NCBI GenBank assembly: GCA_013265495.1
Contig: MU058045.1
Location: forward strand, 965,986-1,015,426
DNA length: 49,441 nt
Origin: Vicugna vicugna
Lineage: Eukaryota
Direction of reading: 5' to 3'
Part shown: positions 34,531 through 46,692 of the stretch, piece after piece
Numbering within the stretch: the first letter of the stretch is position 1
How the letters are laid out: the number at the start of each line of letters is the position of its first letter
Notes under the pieces: model-generated
What the model was told of the DNA's origin: nothing
The model's input: only the letters and a program-made list of their open reading frames with translations
The model's database searches: none
Program-made: the position numbers and the translations under genes

Positions 34531-37410
34531 CATTCCTTGCATGTCGTTGACCCCGCGTGGGGAAAGACAAGAAGATACGGGTCATAAATGGTGAAAGGTG
34601 GGGAAGGCAGAATGACCGGGGAGAGGGCCTGAAAGGAAGAGGCGGAGGGCAGTGGCGGCCCCAGCGTCCGTGGGGCCAGGTCTCTGTTTGGGAATGAGGG
34701 GGGCAGCTGTGAGGGTGGGGAGTTCAGCCTGGAAAGTAAGAGCTAAGAGAAGGAAGTCCCCAGGGATGCTTGCAGTTCGAGCACCAAGGCAGAGACCCAG
34801 GAGGTCTGGGTGGGCCACTGGAGTAAAGAGGATGCCTGTGTCGTTGGAACTAAAGAAGTGGGCGTCATAAACAGACCACTGACTGTAATAGCCAAGTCGT
34901 GAAGGTCTGGGGCTTCGTGACCTAGAGACGTTATAAATAAATGGTACTTTAGAAAACGTGATTTAAACAAATGGGGATCTCATCCGTAAATTAGTGGAGC
35001 TTTTTGGACACGGGTAGAAGCGATGGACAAAGCAAAGGTGGTGTCCGATCCCTTCTGGAATGCTGGTCAAGACCTTACTGCCACCCAGTCCAGCACGCAG
35101 GGGGCGGGTCTGAACAGGAAGGCAGGTCTGTCCTGGAACAAAACCCAGACAGGTTGAAATGCAAGAGGGTGGAGTGGTGACACTAGGTCAGTCGGCAAGT
35201 TTGGTAACTTTAATAAGAAAAGTTACTCTCTTGCCTAACTGACTTGTAGGAAAGTCTCACAAGCAACTGCTTACATTTCCCTGGAACCAACTTGAGACTG
35301 TGGTGATGAAAGGTGTGGGATTCAGTTACCCTAATCTTGTGTTCAGTACCTGAATTCTGCGAAAATGGAAGAACAACACCTCGTATCCAGAGAGCCATCC
35401 AGAGGGACCACTTAGAGCGGATCGCAGAGCCTGCCAGACGATACACCGCCTGGAGCCACTGCCTTGAGGTCGAGCCGCGAGAGCGCGCACCGGCCCCGGT
35501 GGCAAGGCTGAGCCGCTCGGGTTTCCAGCGTAAGATACAGGCCGAGCGGGGAATCGCCAAAGCAGGAAGGCCGCAGGCCAGTTACGCAATTAGCCAAGAG
35601 CCTCTGCAGGCCTCCGCGTTTGTTTAGATAAAATTTGAAGTCATCAGCGAGCTCTTGAACCAGAGCCTGTCTTTGGAAGAAGTCAGACTGACTAAACCTG
35701 CCCAGCGCCATGCAGTGTGGCCCTGGGGCTCCCCCCGACCCCACAGGAGCAGCCTCATTTGTAGGGAGAATGCTGACTGTGCGTGGCCTGACACGGTCCT
35801 CACTGGCCGGGGGAAGGTCGCCCTGGCCCTGCATCAGGACTCCCCTCCGCCACCTTTGAACCTGTAGAGGGGATGCTAATTGGCAGAGACCGGAGCCCAG
35901 GAGAGGAGGAGGGCTGTTAGCCTCACCGTTCCAAGAAGATGACCTTTTGGACCCAGAAAGGAGAACTGTGCTCCGCTTGCCTTTCTTTGAGGCCCTCAGT
36001 GTTTCCCACGTATCTCGCTTATCCTCCTGACACCCCTGAGAGGCCCATTTGTTTGAGATTTCTACAAAGTTATGATTACGCCTATGGATTTCAGTTCCTG
36101 ACTCGATGTCATTCTAAACCTGGAGTCTCATCCTCAGCTCACTTTTCCTAACAGAACTAAACCCTTTGGGGAATGAAATGTCTCAGGCTTGAGCCTCGCC
36201 AAAGGGTGATTTTCTCCCCCCCTTCCTTTTTTTTTTTTTTTTTTTGTTGTTGTTAAGTTTGATTTATTGCTCAGCATTCTAGCCAGGCTCGATGGATGTT
36301 CAGAATATTATAAATAATGTGGATTGAAAAGATTGTGCTGAAATGTTTATTGCATTCTTAGAAAGAGAACAGGGACTGGCTCAGAGAGCATGGCCACAGG
36401 GAGGGTAGGGTGAGGAGGGAGGGGAGGCAGATCTCGCTCCCAGGCTCTATTAGGGCGTCGATAAAAGACGACACCGCTCTGAAGGGAAGGCGCGCATCGT
36501 GCAGTCCTGCTGTCCAGGATGCAGAAGTGTTCCAGCGGGTGGAAAGAATATCCTTCAAGAATGCGAGGACCATAAGGAACTAATCACTGGGCCCTCCCCC
36601 TCTCATTTCCTCACCCACGGCGCTCGAAGGAGGCTGTTAACGGAGTGGCCGCCACGCTTTATAACTAGCTCCCTGGCGTGCTGGCTTTGGGGCACCCTCG
36701 GGAATGGTGGCAGCCGGGGCTGGCTGTGTGCGCATGAGAAAGAGCCTCCTTTGGACTGACTTCCACCCAGTGCGTTAGCATCCTGAATCTCCCTCCTTCC
36801 GGTGCACTCGAAACACAAATGTTAGACGAGATCAGGACCCCCGGTGCGGGAAATAGATGTCCCGTTTGCACTCAGTGATGATGTGTGAAGCTGAAATCAC
36901 ACCAGGCTCTTCCTCTGCTCTTGGGCCTTTCCTTGGGCTTCTGTGAGAAAGAGGAAGGCTCGAAGCTCCTTAACAGCTCAGGCCACCTGGGCCAGCCTGA
37001 TGCCAGACAGAAAAGTTTGGCAGTCTGGTGGAGACGGGTCTTTGAGTCCCTCTTTGTTGTACGTAGGGGCCGTCTTTGGGCCACTTCAGCTGCTGCTCTG
37101 GTCCCACAGATCCCCGCAGAGCCAGCTGTCTCTGTCAAGAGGGAAAGAGGCTGCAGTAATATTGGTGTGGGACTGGGGGCGAAGTGTGACAGCAGATAAG
37201 TTTTGTCCTCTGCATCCCAGGCTTCTCCCCTTCCTCACGAGGCTGTGTGTCATCAGCAGGGACAGTGGCCTTCCTCTGGGCTGGGGACCCAGGCCCACAA
37301 TCTCCGTGGTACCCAGAGGAAGCCACAGCTCTTCCTGTCAGGGTAACAGATGATGTTTGATTTCCTGTTGTGGAAAACTTCCAGCGAGCGTTTAATCCTG
37401 ACCTCTAACC

Positions 37411-37582
37411 CAGTGGTTCTCAAATGTGAGCACCAGAGGAGTCATGTCGGGGGCATTGTCAGCACCCAGCTTCCCAGGCCCCCACCCCCAGCCCAGTCGG
37501 CATGAGGTGAGGGCCTTGAAGTCACTGCCTCTCTAACCGGCTCACAGGTGACGCTCCTGAGATCATGCTGTGAGCAGCACTG
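37411..37582. mobile_element. MER5A-like hAT MITE with both termini
   Basis: Terminal inverted repeats cagtggttctca / tgagcagcactg; degenerate 8 bp flanks ctctaacc / ccctagac. Confidence 0.8.
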
Positions 37583-37989
37583 CCCTAGACACAAAATAGC
37601 ACCTCTAGTGCCCGGTCATTTTTGATAATAACCTTCTCAGGAATATCTACAAATAGAGGCTGAATAAAAGAAATGTGAACTGGGACCGTTCAGTTTGATA
37701 CAAAAAGGGTCCACTTGACTGAAAATTCTGAGTCTAAATCATCTGTTAGAAAGAAACCCATGAGCATCTGGTAAAATCCCGACATTTCATGAACGTGTAA
37801 CTCTGTTCATTTATTTGAAAGACACACATAGACTGTCTTCTCCCAGAATTTTACGTCCAGATCGCTCATGGGCAGTATATTGGCTTGGAGCTTGGCAGTG
37901 CCAAGGGCACTTACTTTCCTTGTGCCCCTTAGAGTTCTTCAGAACCGATATGCTGTGATAACCTGTTGTATCGATAGATTGTACTTGTT

Positions 37990-38620
37990 CACGTATTCAT
38001 TCTCTCCTTCATTCATTTTTTTTGAACACATATTCATTGAGCACTTAGTACGTGCCAAGGACTGGTCTAGCCTGCCAGAATCCCTCCACGTTAACTACCA
38101 CCAAGTGAAAAACGCATCCAAAATCCGTACCAGTGAGTCTTAATATCCCAAGCAGCATCTGAGTCTAAGCAATGAGCTGCTGTCCTGTCAACCAAAACAG
38201 AAGTACGTGCACGGGGAGCACATATTAAATGACACACGTGCTGGGTGTCTGTGGATGACGTGCTGGGGACACAGACATGGAAACATAGGCTCTGTCCTCT
38301 CAGAGGACTTTCAGACTGCCAGGGAGGTAAACCATGAGGCCAGGCAATTGTTAGTTTCCCCAAATAGTAGGTTAATTTCTTGATGTTCATGCTCTTCCTG
38401 CAGCAGCAGCCCAGGAGAAGTGGTCCTCACACCACCTCGGGGAGAGGGGTCCCTGGGGAAAGGGGATGTTTTTGAGCTGAGTCCCAACACCAGTGTCGGT
38501 GTAGAAGCCAGCAGAGGGCTCTGAAGCAGTGCGAACGGTCCCTGCCAAGGCGCCGAGGTGTGAGAGAGCGCGACACGTTGAGTGAGGCCAGGGTGGGAAA
38601 GCTGGATCGTTTCTTGGGGG
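37990..38620 (-). mobile_element. L2 fragments
   Basis: ttcattcattt...acatattcattgagcactta...gtgccaagg and gtgctggggacacagacatgg...gtcctctcagaggactttcagact. Confidence 0.65.
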
Positions 38621-40310
38621 ATGTGTCATAACTCAAGTTTTTTTGTTTTGCCTTGAAATGATTTCTGAAACATCTGACAGACCATGTTGTGTGTAAGCCA
38701 ACAAATATTTCAAAGCCAAATCTGACGTTTTAAATTGTCTCTTCCACCCTTTTTCAGAAGAGTGGAGGAGAGGTTGACGGTGTCATTTTCATATTATCCT
38801 GAGACACTTTGGGTTCTGTGCACTCACAGCACACACCTGGAAGTGTGTTCGTGCCCAGGATGTGAGAGGCAGATACCCGGCGGTGGCTGCCACAGGCTCC
38901 TAATGTGCGACCCACGACGCTCTGTGGTCATCAGTCGCCTTTCCGTGACTGTATTTTTATGGTCTCTTGAAGCCTCGCACACACGGACCACCTTCAGAGG
39001 GAGGGAGAGGGGAAGACTTCTACCTGGGTTGCCTTATCCTTGAAATACCTCAAGCCGTGTCCTGGGCTAGCGCTCCAGGCCACTTCCTTCAGATGCAGCT
39101 GGTTCCCAGTCTTCCAGCTCTGCTACGGTGAATCCTTGGGCTGCAGATATTTCCATTCATCCTTCTGTTCATCCTTGCCAAAAGAATCCTTGCTCAAGTT
39201 TTCGGGCTGACCGTATTCTAGAGCATACAGTTAGGAATTTGCCTGATTGTGTTTTTTTCAATTGGCTCATTGGTGATGTCTTGGACCCCGGGCACACATC
39301 AGAGCTGCATAAGGACTTGGAGGGTACCTGTGTTCACCCCAGGTTTTCACGTGGGAACCCCTAGTTTGCTGCCACACTGACAGTTGGCACTACTGAGAGT
39401 GACACCTTCCCTCTGTGAAGGTCGAGTTTCATGGGCCCGTGGGTGATACGCTGTTCATAGAAAGCTGTCTTGACGGGCAGTGAGGAGTGTCAGAGTAGTC
39501 CCAGGTGGAGGGGGCATTGCTGCGGAAGTCCCCGTGATGACGGAGAGGCACCTTCGCTCCACGGCGTGCATGCCCCTGGAGTGAGACCATGCCCTGGGTG
39601 TGAGCTCAGCAGCCCGCCTGTTGCTTGCATTCTTGGGTGGGACTGTAAGCCCGCCACTGCTTTGGGGAAGAGGCCCTTTTCCATGACCCAGTGCGGAGCA
39701 GCTTCCAAGTCTCTTTGTCGTCCTCACTCTCCCAGTCTTGGTGCTGCCCACGGGCTCACACCTCTTCCTGCTCCCAGTGGAGAGCCAGCAGCTGACCAGC
39801 GTGCTGGACAGCTCTCACTCCATCCCTGCAGCCGTGCGTCTCGCTGCAGCCATGTCACTGAATTAGCCTCCCGAAGCCAGAAGAGGAGGCCGTCGGGGCA
39901 CTCTGGGTCAAAGGCGCACATCCCTTCTGATGGAGCCAGTGTGAACTGCAGTTTGTCAAAGTGCTCCTCATTTGTTATATACAATAAGTGTATTTTTATT
40001 TTGCTACATATAGGCATACAGGCTGTTGGAGAATTTTGCATGAGCATGAATGTCAAAACCTGTTTTCCTGATAGTCTTTGAAGAGTGGCACAGAGAAGAT
40101 TTTCCACAAAAAGGGTGGCAGCCCTAACTGGTTGCACTGAGTGGTCAGGCCTTAGAGCAGGTGGCCGGTCAGACACTCCTCGGAGGTCCTTCTCTCCTGC
40201 GACATTGCTGCTGTGGAGTCGGGGCGGGGAGGGGTGGATATGGGCAGCATTGAAGGCAGATCAGAGTGTATGGGAGCAGATCAGAGTGTATCTATCCGAA
40301 GATTGGTGAC

Positions 40311-40787
40311 TGTGAATGCCACATTTGTAGCAAAAACCAATTTCCAGTAGGTCATGTGAATGAAAAATATTGAGAGCCATATCTGTAAACAAAGGATGCT
40401 GCGGCCATCAAGTCATCAGCTGCTGTCCCCGCCCCGACAGTGAGTGGAGGGGACTCAGGAAGTGGAAGGAGACTGGCCTAGATAGCTAGGCACAGGTCAA
40501 AGGAGCAGTTTCAGTCAGCCTAGACTCTTGCACCTCCCCATACAAACAATAGCACTAAATCCCTTAACTTGTAATATCTGGTTTTCTTTGATTAACAGTC
40601 ATCTTTTGATGTTCCGACTACTGAGTCTTTGTTGCAAAAACTCATATATATCCTGGCTCCTCCCTTACCTCTTCGGAGCAGTTTCTTAGAGCGATCTGAG
40701 AGGCTGCCTTCCAGGCTTGAATCCTCAGAAAGTTCGCCGAATAAAACATAGAACTCAACTTCTAGGCTGTGCAGTTTTTCGTCGACA
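40311..40787 (+). mobile_element. Solo ERV (probably ERV1-class) LTR, ~477 bp
   Basis: TGT...ACA termini, candidate TSD gtgac/gtaac, TATA-like catatata at ~40643, AATAAA at 40740, 3' end ...ctcaacttctaggctgtgcagtttttcgtcgaca resembling laurasiatherian ERV1 LTRs. Confidence 0.8.
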
Positions 40788-40794
40788 GTAACCA

Positions 40795-40990
40795 TAGCTG
40801 TGCACATCCATGGAGAATGTACTGTGTGCCGGGAGTGTGTTCAGCACCCAGCATCCTACCTCGTCTCGTCTCCATGGCAACTCTGGGAGCTGAGGGTTAG
40901 TGTTCTCCTGATTTTAGGCTCAGAGGATTGGATTCCTTACCCAGACAGAGCTGTGATTTGACTGCCAGCCATCTGGCTTCTCAGCCCATG
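40795..40990 (-). mobile_element. MIR SINE remnant
   Basis: tactgtgtgccggg...caactctgggag...aggctcagagg...cagagctgtgatttga. Confidence 0.55.
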
Positions 40991-41459
40991 GTGCTGCTCG
41001 AGCTGTCACGCTCCACGGCCTCGCCGAGAGGGAAGGTGCGCATTCACACACACGCGTGTACACTCGTGCCCTCTGTCCGCTTGCTGTGCCAGCAGTGCTG
41101 GAAGCTAGTGGACAGAGAGCTGACCATCACTTAATGCTGATCACCTGACAGCAGGGGTGACCCCTTTTTAAAAATATGTATTTTTTTTAATTTCAGCTTC
41201 ACCAAGGTTTACAATATTTACATTTGATTTTATGACTCTAATTTCTGAGTTTAATCAGCCAAGCTTCTACATCTAAATTCAGCCCTTTATCACCTGCCCT
41301 TTACTGAATTTTCACTTTACTTTCCTGAATTCTTTGCTTTGATTTTTATTTTGTTTACTGAATTTTATCTTTTAATTGGGGTTTTCAGCAAAGACTTATG
41401 GATATTGAATTCATTTTTTTGTTTGTTTGCATGTGATAATGTTTATTTTGCAATTATAC

Positions 41460-41705
41460 TTTTTTTCTTTTTCTTTTTTTTATTTTTTATTAAAGTATGG
41501 TTAGTTTACAATGTTGTGTTGATTTCTGGTGTACAGCATGATGTTTCAGTCGTACATGTACATTCCTATGTTTTCATCGTCTTTTCCATTCTAGGCCATT
41601 ACAAGGCATTGAATATAGTTCCCTGTGCTGTACAGTAGGACCTTGTTGTTTATCTATTTTATATATAGTAGTGTGTATCTACAAATCTCGAACTCCCAGT
41701 TTATC
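41460..41705 (-). mobile_element. Lineage-specific L1 3' UTR, 5'-truncated
   Basis: Poly-T, tagtttacaatgttgtgtt, ttgaatatagttccctgtgctgtacagtaggaccttgttg, aactcccagtttatcc. Confidence 0.92.
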
Positions 41706-42719
41706 CAGGGGTGACCTTTTGATCACAGTAGAGCTAATTTTTCTGCCGCAACGGTGGGGACATCCATCACAGCCAGACTGAGTCGTCACGACGTGTGTTC
41801 TGGTTATTCGGTAGAAGACTCTGCTCTCCGAGTGAAAGGACCGCGTCTGGCTGGGCTCCCCAGTCCTTATTTTTCTTTTCTCCCACAGCTCTTAACAGTC
41901 ATCTTTCTTCTGCCCTCCCCATCGAGGCTCTTGGTTATATATAGTCCCTGTCACCTTGGAGGCCAAAGGAGTGCTGAGATGAGGTGGGGGCAGATACAGC
42001 CTCCAGGGTGACAGTGTGACTCTCCACCCAAAGTGCCAGAGACGGCCCTGGTGACCCCCACTTCAACAAGATGCATTTACCCAGATTCTTCCAAACTTTC
42101 GGTGACATCTCGTGTCTGCTGTTTCCTCGGACTTCGGCCACCAGCTGGTGGCCAGCCCTTTGCAACTCTGAGCTGGCAGGCATTCTGTAAAGGGAAACAG
42201 CCCCTAATCAAGGCAGGAGCCATCGGTTTAAGAAGCCCCCTCTTCATTCAGGCGTGGAGCTGTCAGAACAGGCCGTCAGAGGGCCGGCTGCAGCCCAGCG
42301 AGCAGTTGGCGCTGCTTCCTGTGAGACCACGCGGCCCTGCAGGCCCGGCGGGGACCGAGTTCGCGGCCAGGGTCCCCCGGCCCTGCAACGGGCTGGGGTC
42401 CGTTGGCAGGTTCTTCCTCTCCCGCTTGCCTTTTTCGACACTCATAATAAGTCCCCTTTCTGTTTCCACTTGTCATTACATCACCCTTCATTCCAGCAAA
42501 CTTTCGTCATGTGTTATTTCTAAGCTTTCATACTATTAACGTTCAAGGATGGCAGTTTCCCGAAGCTGTGGAGGAAGGCACCCAAATCTTACCCTCAGTG
42601 TTTCCCGATCCCACCATGGGATGGCCGGTTTCTGGAAAGTATTATTGCCCCTCCCACACGTGCTCCCAGAGCCTGAGGGAGCCGCCACCGAGCACGCTGA
42701 TGGGAAGAGGCCCGCTGTG

Positions 42720-42935
42720 TCTCTCTGCAGCACTTAGCGCCTTCCAGCACACGCAGTTGACTTATTTTGGTTTTTGTCTGTCTTTGCTTGCTGCACCCCC
42801 GCCCCCCAGCACCCACATGAATAGCAGCTCAGTGAGGGCAGGGACTTCCGTCTGTTTTATTCATTGCTCTATCCCAGTGCCTGGAACAGTGCCTGGTACC
42901 CTGTGCGCGTTCAATCATTGTTCGTTAAAAAAAAA
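42720..42935 (+). mobile_element. L2 3' end
   Basis: gctcagtgagggcagggact...gtctgttttattcattgctctatcccagtgcctggaacagtgcctgg. Confidence 0.85.
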
Positions 42936-45900
42936 TCAAGAGCAGTAGAGACAGAATCCAGAGGGTGTGAGCATTGCTTCTGCTTTCCTACCCGCATTGG
43001 GGATGCGGACTTCTGTCTCATCTGCTGATTAAACATTGAGCAGCTCCATGTGTAACATGTAGAAAGTCTGTAAAGCGCCGAGCAGTGCTCACGGTGGTAC
43101 ACGAAGGACTGTGGCCGCAGGAACCACGTGCATTTGCCTGGAACCTGCTTGATCCAGACACCCGATGGGCCCTACACGGTGTGCCCTGGGGAGGAGGAGA
43201 GGAGGAGCGTTCCCCAAGGAAGGGGCCCTGAACAAGGTGTTCTTGTGAGCCTGGTTGACAGTGGGGGACTCTCCTGCCCTGACCTTTGCTCTAGATACCT
43301 CTTGCCCGAGAACTTGAGTGCATCATTTCTTCACTTTGACTCTTCGGGACAGCCTAACACATCACAGAATACTCATAAAATAACAGGATCTGTGATTGTG
43401 AAGGAGGACAGTTTGGTCTCTGAGAAGGCCTCTAGGTGGTGACCTCTGTTACAGGTGGGACTCGGGCCCCTTCAGAGTGAGGTGCTGGGTGAGCAGGAGA
43501 CTGCGCGCTCCCAGAGCCGTGCCTTTGAGCTGCCCTTTCAACACTAACCAGTTTGAAAAATGGAAGTGTTCTCACGTGACCCTGATATTTGTCCAAGTGA
43601 TTAGAGACAAGTAGTTATTTTTGCCGATGGTGTCTTTACTGAGATCATCAATACAAGTAAGAGGAAATGACTCTGGCTTATTTAGGCCAATGAACATGTG
43701 ATTTATTGGAATGATGTTGGGTTACTTGGGAATCTAAGGGGTCACTGAGCAGGCCAGGTCTCAGAAGAAGTCAGAACCCAGGCCGGCCTGGGGCCTTCTG
43801 GCCCGAGCTGTGGATTACCCCTCTGGAGTGTCACCTTGACTGCGCTAGGCCCAACTCCGTCAATCCAAAGTTCCTGGAGCGGAAAGCCTGACTGGCTTCC
43901 CTTGGGCTCCACTGCCCGCTGGACACACCAGCTGCGTCTGTAGGGCCAGGGCAGGCTGTGTAGACATGGCCACTGCCGCCTCCCCACCAGCGGTGGAGTC
44001 TTTTGAGGTGTGGAATTCAGAGACCTGGTTCAGATCTGCCACCCAGTAGCCTTTTGCATCTTGGTCAAATGATTTCCCTTCAACAAAACAGAACAGAACA
44101 GATGGCTGAGCACATGATGCCCTGAGAAAGCAGCCCCTTGGCAGCCGAGCCTCCTGCCTCTCTGTACCTGGGTGAGGACTTTGGCAACAGCACCGTCCTG
44201 TCCCCTTGCCCGCTGTCCCTAATTGATGCCTGGTGATTCTTCCCGGTGCACACGGCACAAATGAAGGGGTCTGCCACGGTGACTCCCTAGCGTGACTGGA
44301 GCCATCCAGAAATCTTCTGACACTTCGTCAGGAGGGAATTGTCAAAACAAGATATCCATAACCCAGTTCCCGACTGTCTGTTCAGAGACACTTGAACTTC
44401 TGCCAGACTCCAGACAGATCCGCATTCCCATGGGTCACGCGCAGCACGACCAGGGGATATTTCTCAGCAAATATTGACGTGCCAGAGAATTGGCCTTAAA
44501 TTATTGACCTGACAACTCATAATAAGCTGCTTCTGATTGCTGAGATGAAGGATTATCTGTTTACAGTTGAATCCTGTTGTTAAATTGTGGTGGTGGCTGG
44601 GCTGAGCCTGTTTCAGGGAAGGAAGATGAATAACACTTCAAGAACACAAGTGGGGCAAGAATGGCAGAGCTGACACACTCCCTCTGAGGAACGGTGTCAT
44701 CTGCAGGGTTTTTGGTTTGGTTTGGGGGAGGCGGGAATGGGTTGGTTTCCTGCCTCTCTCATGAGACTGGGAGGCCCCTAAAGAGACACCGTGCCTCCTC
44801 GCCCTGTTGGGCCTCACCCAGCCTTGGGCCAGCGCGATGAGCTCTCAGGTCCCCACGGCTAGCCTTTGTGGACCAAGCACCAGCCTCACCACGCTGGGGG
44901 CTGTGGCAAAGGGGCTCTGACTCCCCGCACGCCCCTCGTTCCTGGAGCCCAGGCCTCGGGAGCCTGCCTTTTGCTAGGCCTCCATCCAGTTTCTCTGCCC
45001 CGTCCCTTGCAGTTTTAATTCCTTTTAATTTCCTGTTTCTAGGCAAGTTCTTTCTTCCCTCATCCCACCTCCACTCTGCTTGGGTCACCCTCCCCCCGAT
45101 CCCTGCTTCCTGCCCACAAATTGCGCACGCTCGCTCTCTCTGGCCCCCAGATGTCTCTCCCGGCCCCACTCTCCTCTCCCCCCGAGCCGGCTTCCTACTC
45201 GGTAGATTGGATTCTTTGCACGTTTTTCTGTGTACCTGGAGCGTGAGCTCCGGTCCACGTGGAAGTGGGGTGTCACTGGGGGCTGGGGGGATGAATGCCC
45301 CCCTGCGGGGCCCAGGCCTTCAGAGCTGAGCTGCCAGCATGAGGCAGGTGCCCTTCTCATCCCCACGTCACCTCCACACAAATCCAGCCCAGACACACTC
45401 GGGGGCCCCAGGCTCGTCACTCCAAAGAGTCCCTTCAGAGAAGACCACAGTTCCCACCTTCAGGAAGCTTGGACTTGTCAGAACAGAGGCCGTGGTTAGT
45501 CAGTATCGGTGAGCGGCAGGCCGTGGCTGGTGAGCATCACGGCCCCCGCCCTGGGCCCTGGGAGATGTGTGTCCCCTCATCGGCCCTGCAGACACGGGTG
45601 CAGAGGCCTGGGGTCGCCTGCTTACGCGGGCCGGCGGGGGGCCAGGCTGGGGTTGGCAAGTCGGCGCAAAAACGCGATCCCAGACACGTCCATGCGGCAT
45701 GACAGGAGGCCGAGGCAGAGTGCAGACTCGAGAGGGCGACATGGGGCGGCTCAGCTCTGAGGCCCCGCTTCTCACCTGTCAGCTGGGGCAAATGGGTGCT
45801 CTGCCAGCCTGATGGTGAAAACGATCCTGAGGTCAGAGCTTCTGAAACTCTCAGGGCGCGTGCGCCCCGCGGCGTGACAGCGGCTCTGACTTTCTGACGT

Positions 45901-46489
45901 CTTGTTGCCCTGTGGTTTTTATTGTCCTTACCCACGCTGCCCGGGCGCCGCAGCCCCAGTCCCGCTCTGCCCAGCCTCCACGTGGCAGAGCCCCTTCGCG
46001 GCTCCCTCGGGGCCCCGGCCCGTCTGCTAGGTCCCCCGCTGGGTTTGCTTTGACCGTCTCCTCCCCTCGCCTGCAGCCGGGCCCTCAGCGTGTGCCCCCG
46101 CCCTGACCCCCCCTTCCTCAGAGGCCTTTCACTCTGCGGTCTTTCACGGCTTCTCTCGCCTGGTGCCCACTTGGCTGGGCTCTCCGTGCCTTCTGACTTC
46201 AGCCAGCGCCTGCCCTTCCTGTGGCTCGTAACTGAAGCGGATGCTGCCAGATGTTCCGCTCGGAACGGCCAGCCTTTCCTGGACGCCCGTCCTTACCGCC
46301 AGGCCTCGGCTGCGATCGGGCTGTTTCTCAGCTAAATGCCACCCAGGTGTTCCTCTGTTTTTGCTCCTCTTCCTTCGCTCTTGGAATGAGTGACATTTTA
46401 TTTCTGTCATTAAGCCAAGAGACCAGAGCTCTCATCTGCCGTCCACAAGGCACTGTTCCTGGACAGGGGTTACACGAGGAATGAGAGTG

Positions 46490-46692
46490 ACTGTCCGCAT
46501 TTGCAGAGTGCCAGTTAAGACGCAGGAGTTTTCTGTACTTCATTTTGTGGAGTCCTCACGGCAAGCCTGCGAAGTCAGTATTTTTAGGCTTGTTTTGCAG
46601 GTGGTGGAACCGAACTCAAGGGTTAAAGAACCTTCCTGACGTGTCACAGCTGGAAAGTGGGCATGTTTGAGGTCAGCTCTTCCTGCCTCCCC
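46490..46692 (-). mobile_element. MIR SINE
   Basis: gtcctcacggcaagcctg...ttttgcaggtggtggaacc...ggttaaagaacctt...gtcacagctggaaagtgg. Confidence 0.65.

Noticed and set aside
40256..40291. 16 bp direct repeat GCAGATCAGAGTGTAT x2
   Set aside because: Only two units with a 20 bp period; an ordinary slippage duplication, not an array.
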